Assembly (NCBI RefSeq): GCF_001447785.1
Contig: NW_015172034.1
Coordinates: 62,211 to 126,210, forward strand
Direction of reading: 5' to 3'
Origin: Gekko japonicus
Taxonomy: Eukaryota
Length of the DNA stretch: 64,000 bases
Shown: positions 35,901 through 47,600 of the stretch, piece after piece
How the letters are laid out: each line of letters begins with the position of its first letter
How positions within the stretch are numbered: position 1 is the first letter of the stretch
Position numbers and translations under genes: made by a program
Notes under the pieces: model-generated
Database searches by the model: none
Told to the model about the DNA's origin: nothing
What the model saw: only the letters and a program-made list of their open reading frames with translations

Positions 35901-38900
35901 CCTTTTATTAATTGACCACTTTTTATGGATTAAGAAATCTCACCAAATTAATTGGGTAGCAGTTTTTAAATGTTCTGAACTGTGTTTAATACAGAACTGC
36001 TGGGGGTAGTTGCCTATTTAAAAAAATCCCACTGAATTTTTTTCCCACATACTCAAGGTGGGTTTCACAATTAAAAACAATGCAATCAGAGCAGTATGGG
36101 ATTGCAGAATTAGAACAGTAAATTAAACAGTATACGACATACAATAAAATAGTATAATACATACAACAGACAATGAACCGAAACTGGATTACAGAATTGG
36201 AGAGACAGTGTTAACAGCATAGTGTATGCAACAGACAGAGCGATTAGAACCACCTAAAATTTCAGTGACATTAATAAAAATGTCCTGAACAATTTTGCAT
36301 CAAACAGTCTGAGGAACAATATAAGTGTTGGCACCTTCCTGACCATATCAGAAAGGGCATTCTGTCAGGTGCGAACCATAACAGAGGATACTTGGGTACT
36401 AACTATTGATTCTACCTGTTTGCAGCGTGGTATGTTCAGAATGTCAAGTATTCATTACCTGGAAGTACTAGCTTGTGCTATTACATTGTGTCATTAACAT
36501 ATGACATATCACACACTCAAAAATAATTTACTTCTGTTAAGAATTAAGGTATAATGTTGGGGTCACTTTAAAAGACCCAACACAATGAAAGTTAAGCATG
36601 CCCTGCCATGAATGAAAATCAGGATATCTTTAAATTTGCAATATGAAATTTGGCATCCCACAAGTCTGTAGAAAGAAATGAACTCTTCTAGAAACCTATC
36701 AAACAACCACTTGGAAGCGAGAAGAGTGAAAAAACATAGGTACTTATCAACTTAAATGTGTGCTGTTAATATTTTATGGAGGGGTAAATGGAAATGTATT
36801 CTGACCTGGATAGCCCAGACTAGCCCAGTCTCATCAGATCTCAGAAGCTAAACAGGGTCGACCTTGGTTAATACTTGGATGAGAGACCACCAATGAATAC
36901 CAGGGTCATGACACAGCGGAACGCAATAGCAGACCACTTCTGAATGTCTCTTGCATTGAAAACCACACAAGGTCACCATGAGCCAGCTGTGACTGGATAA
37001 CAACAACAACAAAAAGGAAGTGTACTTTTCTGTTTTCATGTCTACATTTACTGGTTTGTTCGACTGAATTTAGGGATTTCTGTTTGTTTTATTACTTTGT
37101 GTCAAAATGCCACCTGTGGTTCAGCTGCCACTGAAGCAACAGGTAAGCTGCAGACCTCCCTGAGGTGAAGGCCTGTTACCAAAGATGGAAGTAAATGTTG
37201 CTCTTTTGGTTGATGATAATTGGTAATGTGCTTTTCTGAAACCTTTTGTTGTTCCCAGCAAGGAGCAAGACCGAGCAAAAGCCAAGAAGAAAAAGAAGGA
37301 TGATCCAAGTGCTATCAAAGAGAGAGAGGTGTAAGTACCAAAGGATTTCTTGCTTTCTGTGTAGTGCTCACCAGATGCATTGTGGGAAATTACAAGAACC
37401 AGAGTCCTTGAGTATGGACTTTTTTGCAAGGGAAACAAGTGTTGTTAGACTTCCTAGATGTGGTGCTTCCCTGCCCCTCTCAGGAAGTAGAATGTTAGGG
37501 ACTGGTTCTGGACTTAGTAAACCATTACTTAGGCAGTAGGATTGTCTGTGAACATTAGTAAGCATGCAGGAAGTAGGGCATGTAGCACTTTTGACCTTGC
37601 TCTTGATGCCTTTCAGTTTTTCACCACAGATGGTTTCTTCAAGGCAGCAGCTTCTTAATAATGGCTCTGCGGTCTAGGAAGTGGAGAAGAATGGGTGGAA
37701 AAGTCTGTCCTAGATGTCATGTACAGTCTTATAGCAAGCACTGCCACTTTTGTGGTCTACACTTTCATTATTTTGAGCCAAGGGAGGAACTTTGGACATG
37801 GCTTCAGTCTTTTAATCAAGAAGGACTTTTGAAGAGTTCTTAAAGTTGAGAAAAAGACTGCCTCTTTGGCTGTTTCCACATGGGTTATTTGTCCTGAGTT
37901 CGATGTTGTTGGGAAATGTCTCCACACACACCCCTTTCCTTCAGCATGCATTTATATACATCCTGAAGTTTCCCCACCTTTTATCTGATGTTTTCCAAAC
38001 CTGCTTTGTTGCAAAGTTTTGGGGAAGGTTGCAGCAAAGCCTGTCTGGCTTCCATATTGGTGGGGAAGTTTGGATTTTTCCAGTCCCGGTTGGCCTCTCC
38101 CCCTTCCCCCCCCTCCCAGCCACTGTGAGACACAGAGTAGCTAGATTTTCCACACCTATAAAAGCATATAAAGGTTAAAATTAACTATGGCCCCGTTCAC
38201 ACGAAGTATTTGCTGCGCTGAAGGCACGATCGTCCCGCAGATTTTCCGGGTGCAATCACACCGGAACATCTGGGAGACGTAGCGCACCATTGGCTAACCC
38301 ATGGCTTCTCACCAAAGATGCATAGTAAAAAAAACTACTACATACGAGGTACTAGTTTCCGGAAAACACGGGGCAAGGGCGGGCGTCTGATCGCGTTTCC
38401 ACTTGAATCCCGTGGTATCCGGTGCCCGTCCATGTCCTGTCACAAACCGGATTTTTTTTTAAGTCTCCACAGGATGCGCACAAACAATCATGCGCATGCA
38501 CAACTTTCAGTGAGAAAAAAAAATCCCGTTTGCCATGGAAACGGCGCCTAGCGATTGCTGGTGTGATCGTGCTGCATCGCTTCTTTGCCGCGCTGCAGGA
38601 TAGCCGTGTGATCGGCACCTAACGGCCCAACTATGGGACTTCGACGGGACATGTGATCGGGCTGCTGCACGTTACTTTGCTCCGGGGCAAACAGCCACGC
38701 TTCCCCCCTGCATTTTCCGTCCCATTTGTCTGGGATCAAGAATCTGTATGTCATGCAAAGGTGCTGTGGCACTGGATAGGATCCCAGACCATGAGCAGTA
38801 CACATAAGCCGGAGCAGACTGGCTCCAGCTGAGTTTGACAAGCCTCCTCAGGATGACTGGCTTGGAAACAGGACAGACCTGTGGGATGAGTGTGGCCAAG

Positions 38901-41900
38901 GACCCTTGCAGCAGGACAAGGGTGGCTGTGGCTGGTGGAGATGACAGAGTACCATTAGGACTGAGGTATAATTGGGGCGTAAGGACCAGAGGGCAGGCAC
39001 CTGACAACAGTGGGTGGTTCCACTTATTGGGCTGTGCTCTTAAGGTAGTGATGAAACGGAGTTGGGGGTGATTGAAACCAGAGAAGGAGGAGCTACGGAA
39101 GTCTGGAGAACCTGGAGAGTGCTGCAAAGTACCCCAGGCTGTGGAGTGTAAAACTGGCATATGGTGAAGCCTTAATAGAACAGAGAGCACTCCCAAGAAG
39201 TGGAGTGTCTTCATTTGACCACCCATGGAGCTGAGACTCCGCTCCCCAAGCCTACTGCAGGCCTCAACCCTGCATGTGTCATAGCACGCTACCTCCACCC
39301 CAGTCACAGGTACTTTTAGGAGTTGCCTGACAATGTGTAGGTATTATGTTTTGTATTCCTGTATTGAAGTAACTTGTCTTGTATCTGTCTTTGCAGCCCT
39401 CAATATCCCTCCTGTTTGTTCTTCCAATATAACACACAACTAGGGCCTCCCTACTACATCCTGGTTGATACCAACTTTATCAATTTCTCCATTAAAGCCA
39501 AACTAGACCTGGTGCAGTCAATGATGGATTGCCTCTATGCCAAATGTAAGTTTCTGCACTTGTTCTAGGGTAGTGTTGCACTGTGAAGGAAGTGGATTTT
39601 TTTCTTAAGCCCCATTAAGGGACACACAGGCTGCGGTCACACAGACTAACTAATCCACTTTCAATGCAGTTTTCAACTGGATTTTGCCAGTTCACATAGT
39701 AAAATCCAGTTGGAAAGTGCACTGAAAGTGGATTGAAACTGGATTATTTTGTGTGTGTGACCGCAGCCACACTGGGCCGAATCCTTTGAATTGTGAGCAG
39801 AAGGTGCTTGCGTTGGTGGCTTTTTCTCTTCCTTTACCTTTCACCTAGCACCTAAATTCTGCCCAGAAAACAATGTGTGAGTGGGAAGGACTTGTGGACA
39901 AAATCCATACGGCACTTAGGGCTTGTGAGGAGGGAAGAACTGAGCAAAATCACTAGACTTCCTCTTGGCCCAATTGATAGCCTCCTCTTCCACCAGTGGC
40001 AGGGATGAAGTGGGGATGCCTTTGCTCAGTTCCTCTTCCTTACTTCAGCCAGGAGGGGCCATGTCTTAGTGGTGGTAAGAGTATTTGCTGTGGATGTAAA
40101 AGGTCCCAAGTTCAGTCCCTGGCATCTCCAGTTAAAGGGATCAGGCAGTGGGTGGTGTGAAATATCTCTTCCTGAGACCCTGAACAGCTGCTGAGAGTCA
40201 GAGTAGACAATACTGACCTTGATAGACCAGTGATCTGATTCAGTATAAGACAGACTCATAAAGGGCTGCTAGCGGAAGAGAAGGTTCAATCTAATCTTTG
40301 ATAGTTGTATAGTACCTAGATTTCTTACCATTAACATTATAATGAGATGGAAATAGAAAGACAAATTCACCAAATAATGTGTGCTATGCTTTACTAATGG
40401 TCCAGTGCTTTTGCAACCCAGCAGAGCCCTGGGTACATAGATCCCTGAGCAGGGGGTCAGATAAATAATGGACAGCACCCTTGTGGCTTGGGAAAGAAAT
40501 GTGAAATCGCTTAAAAATAAGGAAAAAAAACAATAAAGGTGTTATGTTTTCCAGTGTAACAAATATTTATAATAAATCTAACACTTTACAACTAAATGTA
40601 AAATTAAATCATAATGGCTTTGAACGTAGCAACATTTGAAACAATAGGATCTTCAGTACCCATCACGAAGAGCACTCAAAACAATGTCAGATTCTAGCAG
40701 ACAATGCCCAATAACACAGGTGTGACAGACTGTACTTTAAAAGCACATAAGTGCTTTGTAAACATGTAATGGACTGTGAAGGGTTAATGCCTCACAGGAC
40801 CAAAGAGCCTTGAGTGACAGGCTGCTCAAAAAGGAATTTGATTGCTGAGCATCAGTTGAGCAGAGAGATGTGGGAACTGACTGCTGAGGATACTTCAGTT
40901 TAGTACTGACTGAGAACAGGAGCAGTTTAGCTGTGACCTGTGAGAGCTTAGCCCTGACTGAGGAGTGTTTAGAACTGACTGAAGAAAGTTTAATACTGAC
41001 TGAGGAGTGGGAAGGTTGGCAAGGAGGACTGAGTAGATCAGTGAACACCCTCATTTGGGCCAGAAAAAGGGATAGCTCTTCTAGTTAGAGAAGTGATTCC
41101 CTACCCAGTTGGAAAGGGAAATAGCTCAAAGAGTGGAGTGATTCCTGATGTGTTTAGAGAAGAAATTTGGGTACTTGGTAGTCTATCCCTGCCTTCTGAA
41201 ATCTAAAGAGTCAAGAAAGTATACTGGAGTGTTTAGAAAACACTGAAACCAAAGGCTCTCATTTCAAAGATTCTTAGACTTTGTGTAAAACTTTAAACTC
41301 TCACATGCTAGAAACATATGAACTGGAGTTTGTAATTATAAGAAGTCACCTAGGAGTTATATTTGGTTCACCTCAGACATTTCTCCTGTGATTTCACCTG
41401 ACCTTTTCCCCTCTACGTTGAATAAAATATCTTATTTTTGAACATTTTAAAGCCTCTCATGTGCCATTTGCAGAAGTTTAAGTTAAAAGAGTGATCTTGT
41501 CTCTTCCCTAAAGTTCTTGGGTTGAGGCTGCTATCACACACACTAAATAATCCACTTTTAATGCACTTTCCAACTGGATTTTGCTATCAGGGTTCTCAGT
41601 CAATCACACTCAACACCAGGTCTTCAGTAGATTCAGTTTGTTGAGAGGGAAAGTACTTGAGACACCATGACCTCTTGTGTCAGGAATGGCGGGAGAAGTG
41701 AGGGGCCCCTGGGATATACCGCCTTCAAAGGAGACCCCCTGATACTACACAGCCAAGAAGTGCCGCATGACGGAGTGGGCCCCCGCCTCTAGTTCCAGCT
41801 CCTGCCAACCTAGCAGTTCGAAAGCAAGAAATTGCAAGTAGATAAATAGGTACCACTTCGGTGGGAAGGTAACAGCGTTCCGTGCGCCTTTGTGTTTAGT

Positions 41901-44900
41901 CATGCCGGCCACATGACCACGGAAATGTCTTCGGACAGCGCTGTCTCTTCGGCTTTGAAACAGAGATGAGCACCGCAACCCTAGAGTCGGACTCGACTGG
42001 CTTTCGAGCAAGGGAACCTTTACCTTACCAAGCGCGGGCTAAAGCCCAGCCATTAGATTCCCAGTGGGAAGAGCAGGGAAGAAGCGCCCAGAGCTTCAAG
42101 GACACCTGTGAGATAAGCGCAGTAGAGGGAGGGAGAGAGGGAGGCGAGCAAGTACACCCATCTGCCTACACATTCCAAGCAATGGCAGTGTTAGCTGACA
42201 TTTGCTAGTTCACACAGTAAAAATCCAGTTTGAAAGTGGATTATTTTGTGTGTGTGGGTGACTGCAGCCCGAGCCAGCATCAAAATACAATAAAGTGAAA
42301 GGGTGAGACAGCCATATATCTTCAGATAAGAAGAGTCTAGATAAAGGGGCTGCTCAGTCAGAAAGGAAGAAAAAAATTGAGGGAAAATCCGGCATCTGAG
42401 TGAAGGAACAGGGCTAGGTCATCATAACAGGGAAAACAGAAAGTCCAAAATGTTAACTTAAAGACATGCAGGGCTGCTTCTTCCCCATATGTTTTTCAAT
42501 GATACTTGTTGCTCCTGCTGGTGCTCTGGATGCTTTCCCTGGCTTGCAAAGAAATTAGCAGTTTTCCTCAGTCAAGCTCTAGGTCTTCTCTCTCCTGCTG
42601 CAGGCCAGACTGACTTGTGGGGGTGGGGGGAAGAGTTTTTAAACCATAGCCTTAACCATAATTAAACAAATAGTTTGACAAACCCTTTTTTTATAACTCC
42701 TAAACGGGAAATTCTAGGATGCAATCACTCCCTGGTTGTGCCCATCACATACCTGCAAAGAAATCAGTTTTCCTCAGTCAAACTCTGGGTCTTCTCTCTC
42801 CTGCTGCAAGCCAGACTGACTTTGGGGGTGGGGCTTTTGCAGTTGGTAATATGTGAGCAACTTTTCCAACAGCTCATGCTCTGTGACCTTTTGCTCCCTA
42901 GGCCCTAAATTCTAAACTTTTTAGCAGAAATAAAATGTTAACATGACATGGGTTACACTTTCACTGAGGCAGTCTAGCTCAGTGGGGCTGATGGAGTGAC
43001 GGGATGAGTGACTGTTCATCAACTTATCTAATAGTAAACTGGCTGGCCCGTTTGTGGATAACAAAAGCTTTACAGCAGGGCCCTCCACAGAAAAGATAGG
43101 AAGACGTTGCCCTGCCTGAGGTTTGTTGCATGCCCTGCTCTCCACTTGTAGGATTTAAAACCTAATATTTTAAGTAATGTCATTTGTATGGGATGGTTGC
43201 ATGCTGCATGTTAGTGATATTATTTTATATATTCTGTTCCTGCAGGTATTCCCTGTATCACAGATTGTGTCATGGCTGAAATTGAGAAGTTGGGACAGAA
43301 ATATCGTGTGGCCTTAAGGTGGGAGCACAGCAAATGAACTTTGTTCTGCATCACAATTGCCTGAAATATGTGTTAACCACTCCAATCTCTTATACTGGAG
43401 GAGAAAGAATTGGGATCAAACTACAGGGCCCCCGGTGGTTTGCAAATCTGGCGATTGCCAGAGTGAAAAACAGACAGAGATGTTTGTGTCTGTTAGCAAT
43501 TTACTGTCTTCTGTGTATCAGTTGACTTATCTTTTTCCTAATTTTTGATTTTACGATTCTGCAGGATAGCCAAAGACCCACGATTTGAACGCCTGCCATG
43601 CACTCACAAAGGAACTTATGCAGATGACTGTTTGGTGCAAAGGGTGACTCAGGTAGGAATTTCTATGCCATATTTAGAGCTACTTAATTTCTGTCAGTAC
43701 TAGTGACTTTCAAATAATCAGATTCAGTTCAGGCTCTGCCTTTCTTGGTTGTATTAATCTCTTTGTAAGCAGCCATCACTATTGCAAAGAATTGATTGTG
43801 GAAGGGGAGATGCATTTTCCTCTGCTAAAACAACCTTGAATATTTCAGATTCTGAGGCAGTAAGCATTAATAAGATGCTTGCAAAGAGGCCTGTTATTTC
43901 TGGAAATGTATATTGTCTAGCACTGTGTGGTCAAAGGAATAGAAAGATTGGATTTACTCTTTTATCAAAACATTACCAAGGTTGAATTAATGGCCTCCCC
44001 CCCCCCCCTTTGCAGCACAAGTGTTACATAGTGGCTACTGTAGACAGAGACCTCAAGCGGAGAATACGGAAAATCCCTGGAGTCCCTATCATGTATATAT
44101 CCAATCACAGGTAGGTGAACTCTCAAATGGTTATCTAATATCAAAGCAAAATTGCCATTTTGTTTTGTGATGGCCTGCATTGTTTGTTGTTAGAGTACTG
44201 TTTTTATCTTTGTCAGCACATATATTTATGCACAGGGCCTATGTGTAAAGAAAAGGGTTTAATAATAAAATAAATATTTGCAACCATGGCATTTTGAAAC
44301 TTAATGCTGGCATGAGCCATGAACACTGGCTGATCTGGGTTTGTGTACAGTTATCTATGTTTGACTGAACAATTTTGTACATGACTGTTTGCTTTTCTTT
44401 GACTGAATGAGATTTACCCGAAGCCTTATGGTAGATAATAAACAAATCTGTGTTTGTGGGTTAACTAATAACTGTAAGTTAAGAGGAGTGCCCATAGGGT
44501 ATTTAATTGTAATTACAGTAATGTTTTCTGTCCTCACTCACTGATGAATTTTGATGTTTGTTAATTCCTTGGGGATACATATATATGTAAGTAGTGTCAC
44601 TTTGCAAAGACAGCAAGGAGCCTTCAAGGCAAGTGAGAAGCAGAGGTGGTTTGTCATTGCCATCCCCTGCAGAGTCTTCCTTGGTGGTCTCCCATCCAAT
44701 TACTGACTTTGCTTAGTTTCTGAGATATGAAAAGATTGGGCTATATGATGCTGTCTTTCCTCCTACTTGGGGAGAGGGACTTGACTATTTGTTACTGCTG
44801 TGCAGTATACACATTTAATAGCACTGTATAAATAATATATAACTTGTGTATCTTGCAACAATATATATTATATCCATCAATATATCTAATTCTCAATGTG

Positions 44901-46382
44901 GGCAAATCTGTGGATGCTGACTCTGGAGACTGGGGCCATGAACATACTGGAGAAATATTTCTATATATCTGGAAAAGTCCCAGGTTTTCAGAAAAATCTG
45001 AAATCTAAACAAACACAAAAGTTGTGGGGATTAAAAAATAATAATAAAAGCAGCACCTGTAGCTTTAAGAAAGTCCCTACCCCTAGTCTTTCAAGCTTGG
45101 GTTTCTGTCAGTAAAAGTCAAGGTGAGGGGACAGGGATTTTACAGGGCTATTTTTGGCTTTTGAGGGAGGAATCACCAGCCAGGCCCACCAGTACCACTC
45201 AGATGACTTGCTAGCATGTGACTTGCATGATTCACCCAGGACTAGCTGCATGCTACTGTTCAACAGCAGCCACTGTACAAAAGCCAGTGTGTGTATTAGA
45301 GTTTTAGACTAGGATCTGGAAGATCCAGGTTCGAATAAACACACTGCTGTGGAAGCTTATTGGGTGACCATGGGCCAGTTACACATTTTCAGCCTAACTT
45401 ACCTCACAGGGTTATTGTGAGGATAAGATGGAGGAGTGGAGAATGGTGTAAGCTGCTTTGGTTCACCATTGTCGAAAAAGGTGGATTTTACAGTAAGTAG
45501 ATAAATATAGATGAAGATGGGAAGTAGATCAAAGGTAGGTTGGTGGGTGGGAAGGAGAGAAGGAAGCAGGGAAAGTTCAGATATGAGGGCTGCCGATAGG
45601 AGAGAAAGAAGTAATAGAATGGTGAGAGGGACAGAGGAGAAAATGTGGTGCACCCCGCAAATCATTGCAGGTTCCCCATTATGCAGCTAGACCAGGCCTG
45701 CTGGCCAGCATTGCACAACTGGGTTATAGATTTCCCAAGTAGAGGCTGCTGGGGGAGGAAAGGATGGAAGGCTGAAGATTGGGGCAAATAAGGGCTGGCT
45801 GGTGGGCGAGAAGGAAGCAGGAAATGGAGGGCTTTCAAGGAAGGAAAAGAGGACACCGTAGGGGACAGGAAAATGAGATACACCCTGCACGTTCTCATAC
45901 GTCCCTTCCCCTATTTACTGCTTACTCTCTCCTATTGGTGGTAGAAAGTGTCATCAAGTCACAGCTGACATGACCCATTAGGGTTTTTAAGGCCAGAGAC
46001 ATTCAGAGGTGGTTTGCCTGCCCTCTGCATCATGAGTCTAGTAATCCTTGCAGGCCTCCCATCCAAATACTAGCCAGGGCTGATCCTGCTTAGCTTCTGG
46101 GATCTGACAAAATCAGCCTAGCATGAGCTATCCAGATGAGGGCCTGTCTTCTATAAGTGTGCCTAAATACCTTTTGGCTCACTAGAACTTTGTGTGTGTG
46201 TGTTCTTCATCTTGTGCAGATCAAAAGACAGCATTGAGGCAACAAAGATCAGGAGGCCCCTCACTGTGTGTTCCCTGCCTTCCACAGAGGAATTGTGATG
46301 GACTGCTTAATAATACTTTTATTCTTATTCTAGGTATAACATTGAGAGGATGCCAGATGACTATGGAGCTCCTCGGTTTTAG
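32630..46382 (+). CDS. FCF1: rRNA-processing protein FCF1/UTP24 (PIN domain), complete spliced CDS, 198 aa
   Basis: 8 exons (3+68+72+149+73+88+95+49 = 597 nt), [15 protein letters not shown]...[10 protein letters not shown]...KGTYADDCL...DDYGAPRF*. Confidence 0.98.
33250..33445 (+). mobile_element. Squam3-like SINE, internally deleted
   Basis: Reverse complement of the 51490-51765 family. Confidence 0.75.
34755..34875 (+). mobile_element. Penelope pLTR fragment, degenerate hammerhead
   Basis: gtatCTGAAGA...AAAAGCTTATACC...ggtcttaaaggtgccactggactc. Confidence 0.7.
35478..35566 (-). ncRNA. Penelope pLTR fragment with minimal hammerhead ribozyme motif
   Basis: GTAT-CTGATGA-A-GTGTG(TGTA)CACAC-GAAA-GC-TC-ATGC at 35529-35566. 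Confidence 0.6.
35755..35822 (+). CDS. FCF1: FCF1 exon 2
   Basis: tttcag|GGG AAA CAG ... CT|gtgagt. Confidence 0.96.
36801..37015 (+). mobile_element. 5S rRNA-derived SINE
   Basis: gatctcagaagctaaacagggtc...tggttaatacttggatgagagacc matches the 5S internal control region; RTE-like (CAA)n tail. Confidence 0.8.
37259..37330 (+). CDS. FCF1: FCF1 exon 3
   Basis: cccag| [24 protein letters not shown] |gtaagt. Confidence 0.95.
38189..38619. mobile_element. CpG-rich non-autonomous Harbinger-like DNA transposon
   Basis: TIRs GGCCCCGTTCACACG / CGTGTGATCGGCACC; flanks TAT/TAA; partial similarity to 9474-9918. Confidence 0.65.
38765..39308 (+). mobile_element. Solo LTR
   Basis: TGTGGC...GTCACA termini; near-perfect 5-bp TSD GGTGC/GGTAC; strand tentative. 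Confidence 0.65.
39397..39545 (+). CDS. FCF1: FCF1 exon 4
   Basis: gcag| [12 protein letters not shown]...VDTNF...CLYAK |gtaagt. Confidence 0.97.
39629..39768. mobile_element. Palindromic MITE, same family
   Basis: GGCTGCGGTCACACA / TGTGTGACCGCAGCC; 3-bp TSD ACA. Confidence 0.82.
40055..40260 (+). mobile_element. tRNA-derived SINE with CR1-like tail
   Basis: Homologous to 5929-6123. Confidence 0.75.
40721..41520 (+). mobile_element. Possible LTR-like element
   Basis: Starts TGTGACA; internal ACTGACTGAG repeats; AATAAA at 41421; no right end or TSD found. Confidence 0.35.
41585..42200 (-). mobile_element. Solo LTR
   Basis: Termini TATCAG...CTGACA with 5-bp TSD TTTGC; strand inferred from a degenerate poly(A)-signal-like motif. 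Confidence 0.65.
41790..42029 (+). mobile_element. Sauria SINE (5'-truncated)
   Basis: gccaacctagcagttcgaaagca...gtagataaataggtacc...ggccacatgacc...; (ACCTTT)n tail. Confidence 0.85.
43246..43318 (+). CDS. FCF1: FCF1 exon 5
   Basis: gcag| [23 protein letters not shown] |gtggg. Confidence 0.96.
43565..43652 (+). CDS. FCF1: FCF1 exon 6
   Basis: gcag| [29 protein letters not shown] |gtagg. Confidence 0.96.
44016..44110 (+). CDS. FCF1: FCF1 exon 7
   Basis: gcag| [31 protein letters not shown] |gtagg. Confidence 0.96.
44610..44765 (-). mobile_element. 5S rRNA-derived SINE, degraded
   Basis: ggtctcccatccaattact...gcttagtttctgagat. Confidence 0.65.
45283..45485 (+). mobile_element. Older Squam3/MIR-like SINE
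   Basis: B box GGTTCGAAT; core cctcacagggttattgtgaggataa. Confidence 0.7.
45940..46143 (-). mobile_element. 5S rRNA-derived SINE
   Basis: Reverse complement of the 36801-37015 family. Confidence 0.75.
46334..46382 (+). CDS. FCF1: FCF1 exon 8 coding part
   Basis: ctag| [18 protein letters not shown]. Confidence 0.96.
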
Positions 46383-46574
46383 CTGTGCATTGGAAAGAGT
46401 CCAAGAGAAGCCTGCTGTGTCACTCTCAAATTCCGGAACTGTTTGCCTTTTTTAAAAAGACACTTTTGTTACTGATTCATTTTCCATTATGCTGGGAGCC
46501 GAACTGATTTTATGTAGCTCTTCTGTTCTTCCAGAAAAAGTATGGTGGATCTGTGTTTTTGCTCCGTGTTTCAG

Positions 46575-46580
46575 AATAAA
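46575..46580 (+). terminator. FCF1: Probable FCF1 poly(A) signal
   Basis: First AATAAA about 190 nt after the stop codon. Confidence 0.6.
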
Positions 46581-46629
46581 TATATAATTGTTAAGAAGTG
46601 GACTGTTGAGAATTTCTCTATATATATTT

Positions 46630-46832
46630 ATTTATCTGCTTCATTTATATCCCACTTTTCTCCCCAGTAGGGCCAAAACTGGCTTACATAATTCTTAGTT
46701 TTCATTTTATCCTCACAACAACCCTGTGAAGTAGGTTAGCTTGAGACTGTGCAACTGTCTCAAGGTCACCCAGCAAACCTTGATGGCAGAGAGTGATTTC
46801 AAACCTGAGTCTGCCAGATCCTAATCCAACAC
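46630..46832 (-). mobile_element. Older Squam3/MIR-like SINE, truncated where the L1 tail begins
   Basis: Homologous to 4015-4230. Confidence 0.7.
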
Positions 46833-47600
46833 TTTTTTATTAACTTTTTAAAATTAATCTCAAAGTCAACAAGAATATAAGGCATTACAAATATAATTGT
46901 GATAGCAATATCAAATATGACAGAATACCAAGTGTAAGAGATACATATAAAACAGTCTAAACTAGATAGTAAAACTATAAGTCGTAGATATGGAGTACAA
47001 AGTTCTTGCACTAAACATTGCATGTACCAGCTGGTAGGCATATATGTATACAGCAAAAAAGAAAGAGTTAATGTCTCATATAATTATAGTAAAGATAAGG
47101 TGTGTAACATGACTAGACCACATGGGGATAGTAAGAGTTAGGAGACTATGTAAAGTATATTAGACTACTCAAAGAAAAAGTAATAAAAGATAAATTCAGT
47201 TGTGAGGAGGGAAGGGGAACCATTTTTTAGAGGAGCTGGAGCGTGTGGAGTAGGAATCTGCCTGTCTTAAATGGTCCCTAATTTGCAACATTATGAAGAG
47301 GTCCCAAACTTTGGAGTACCATTGGTCGACCACGGGAGCTAGATGTGACTTCCATTTCAAGGCAATAGATGTCCTTGCAGCAACTATAAAGCTTGATATT
47401 AAGTCACATTGAATGTGCGGTATCATCATGCCAGATATTAAGAAAGATCTTAAGGAGCGAAGATGAGTTTCTTGAAGTAGAATGATGTAAGATCTCAGTT
47501 TGGCTAGATTGGTGAGAATTCTTTTTCACTTGATCATGTTGAGACCCCGAACGTTTAACAATAAAACATTTCTTGTGGCAGACATTATTGTGGGTTTTAA
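46833..47600 (-). mobile_element. Internally deleted L1 LINE
   Basis: NVRGLN...LLQETHL (APE endonuclease start) followed directly by AAR..IA..WK...W (ORF2 C-terminus); A-rich tail. Confidence 0.8.

Larger units (their letters stand above)
41526..42269. mobile_element. Same MITE family, split by nested insertions
   Basis: Left arm 41526-41584, right arm 42201-42269. Confidence 0.78.

Noticed and set aside
36820-36905. 5S rRNA gene
   Set aside because: Diverged and partial, continues into a SINE body and tail; three decayed copies in the window
38672-39307. 211-aa minus-strand ORF
   Set aside because: Coincides with a solo LTR; no domain similarity recognised
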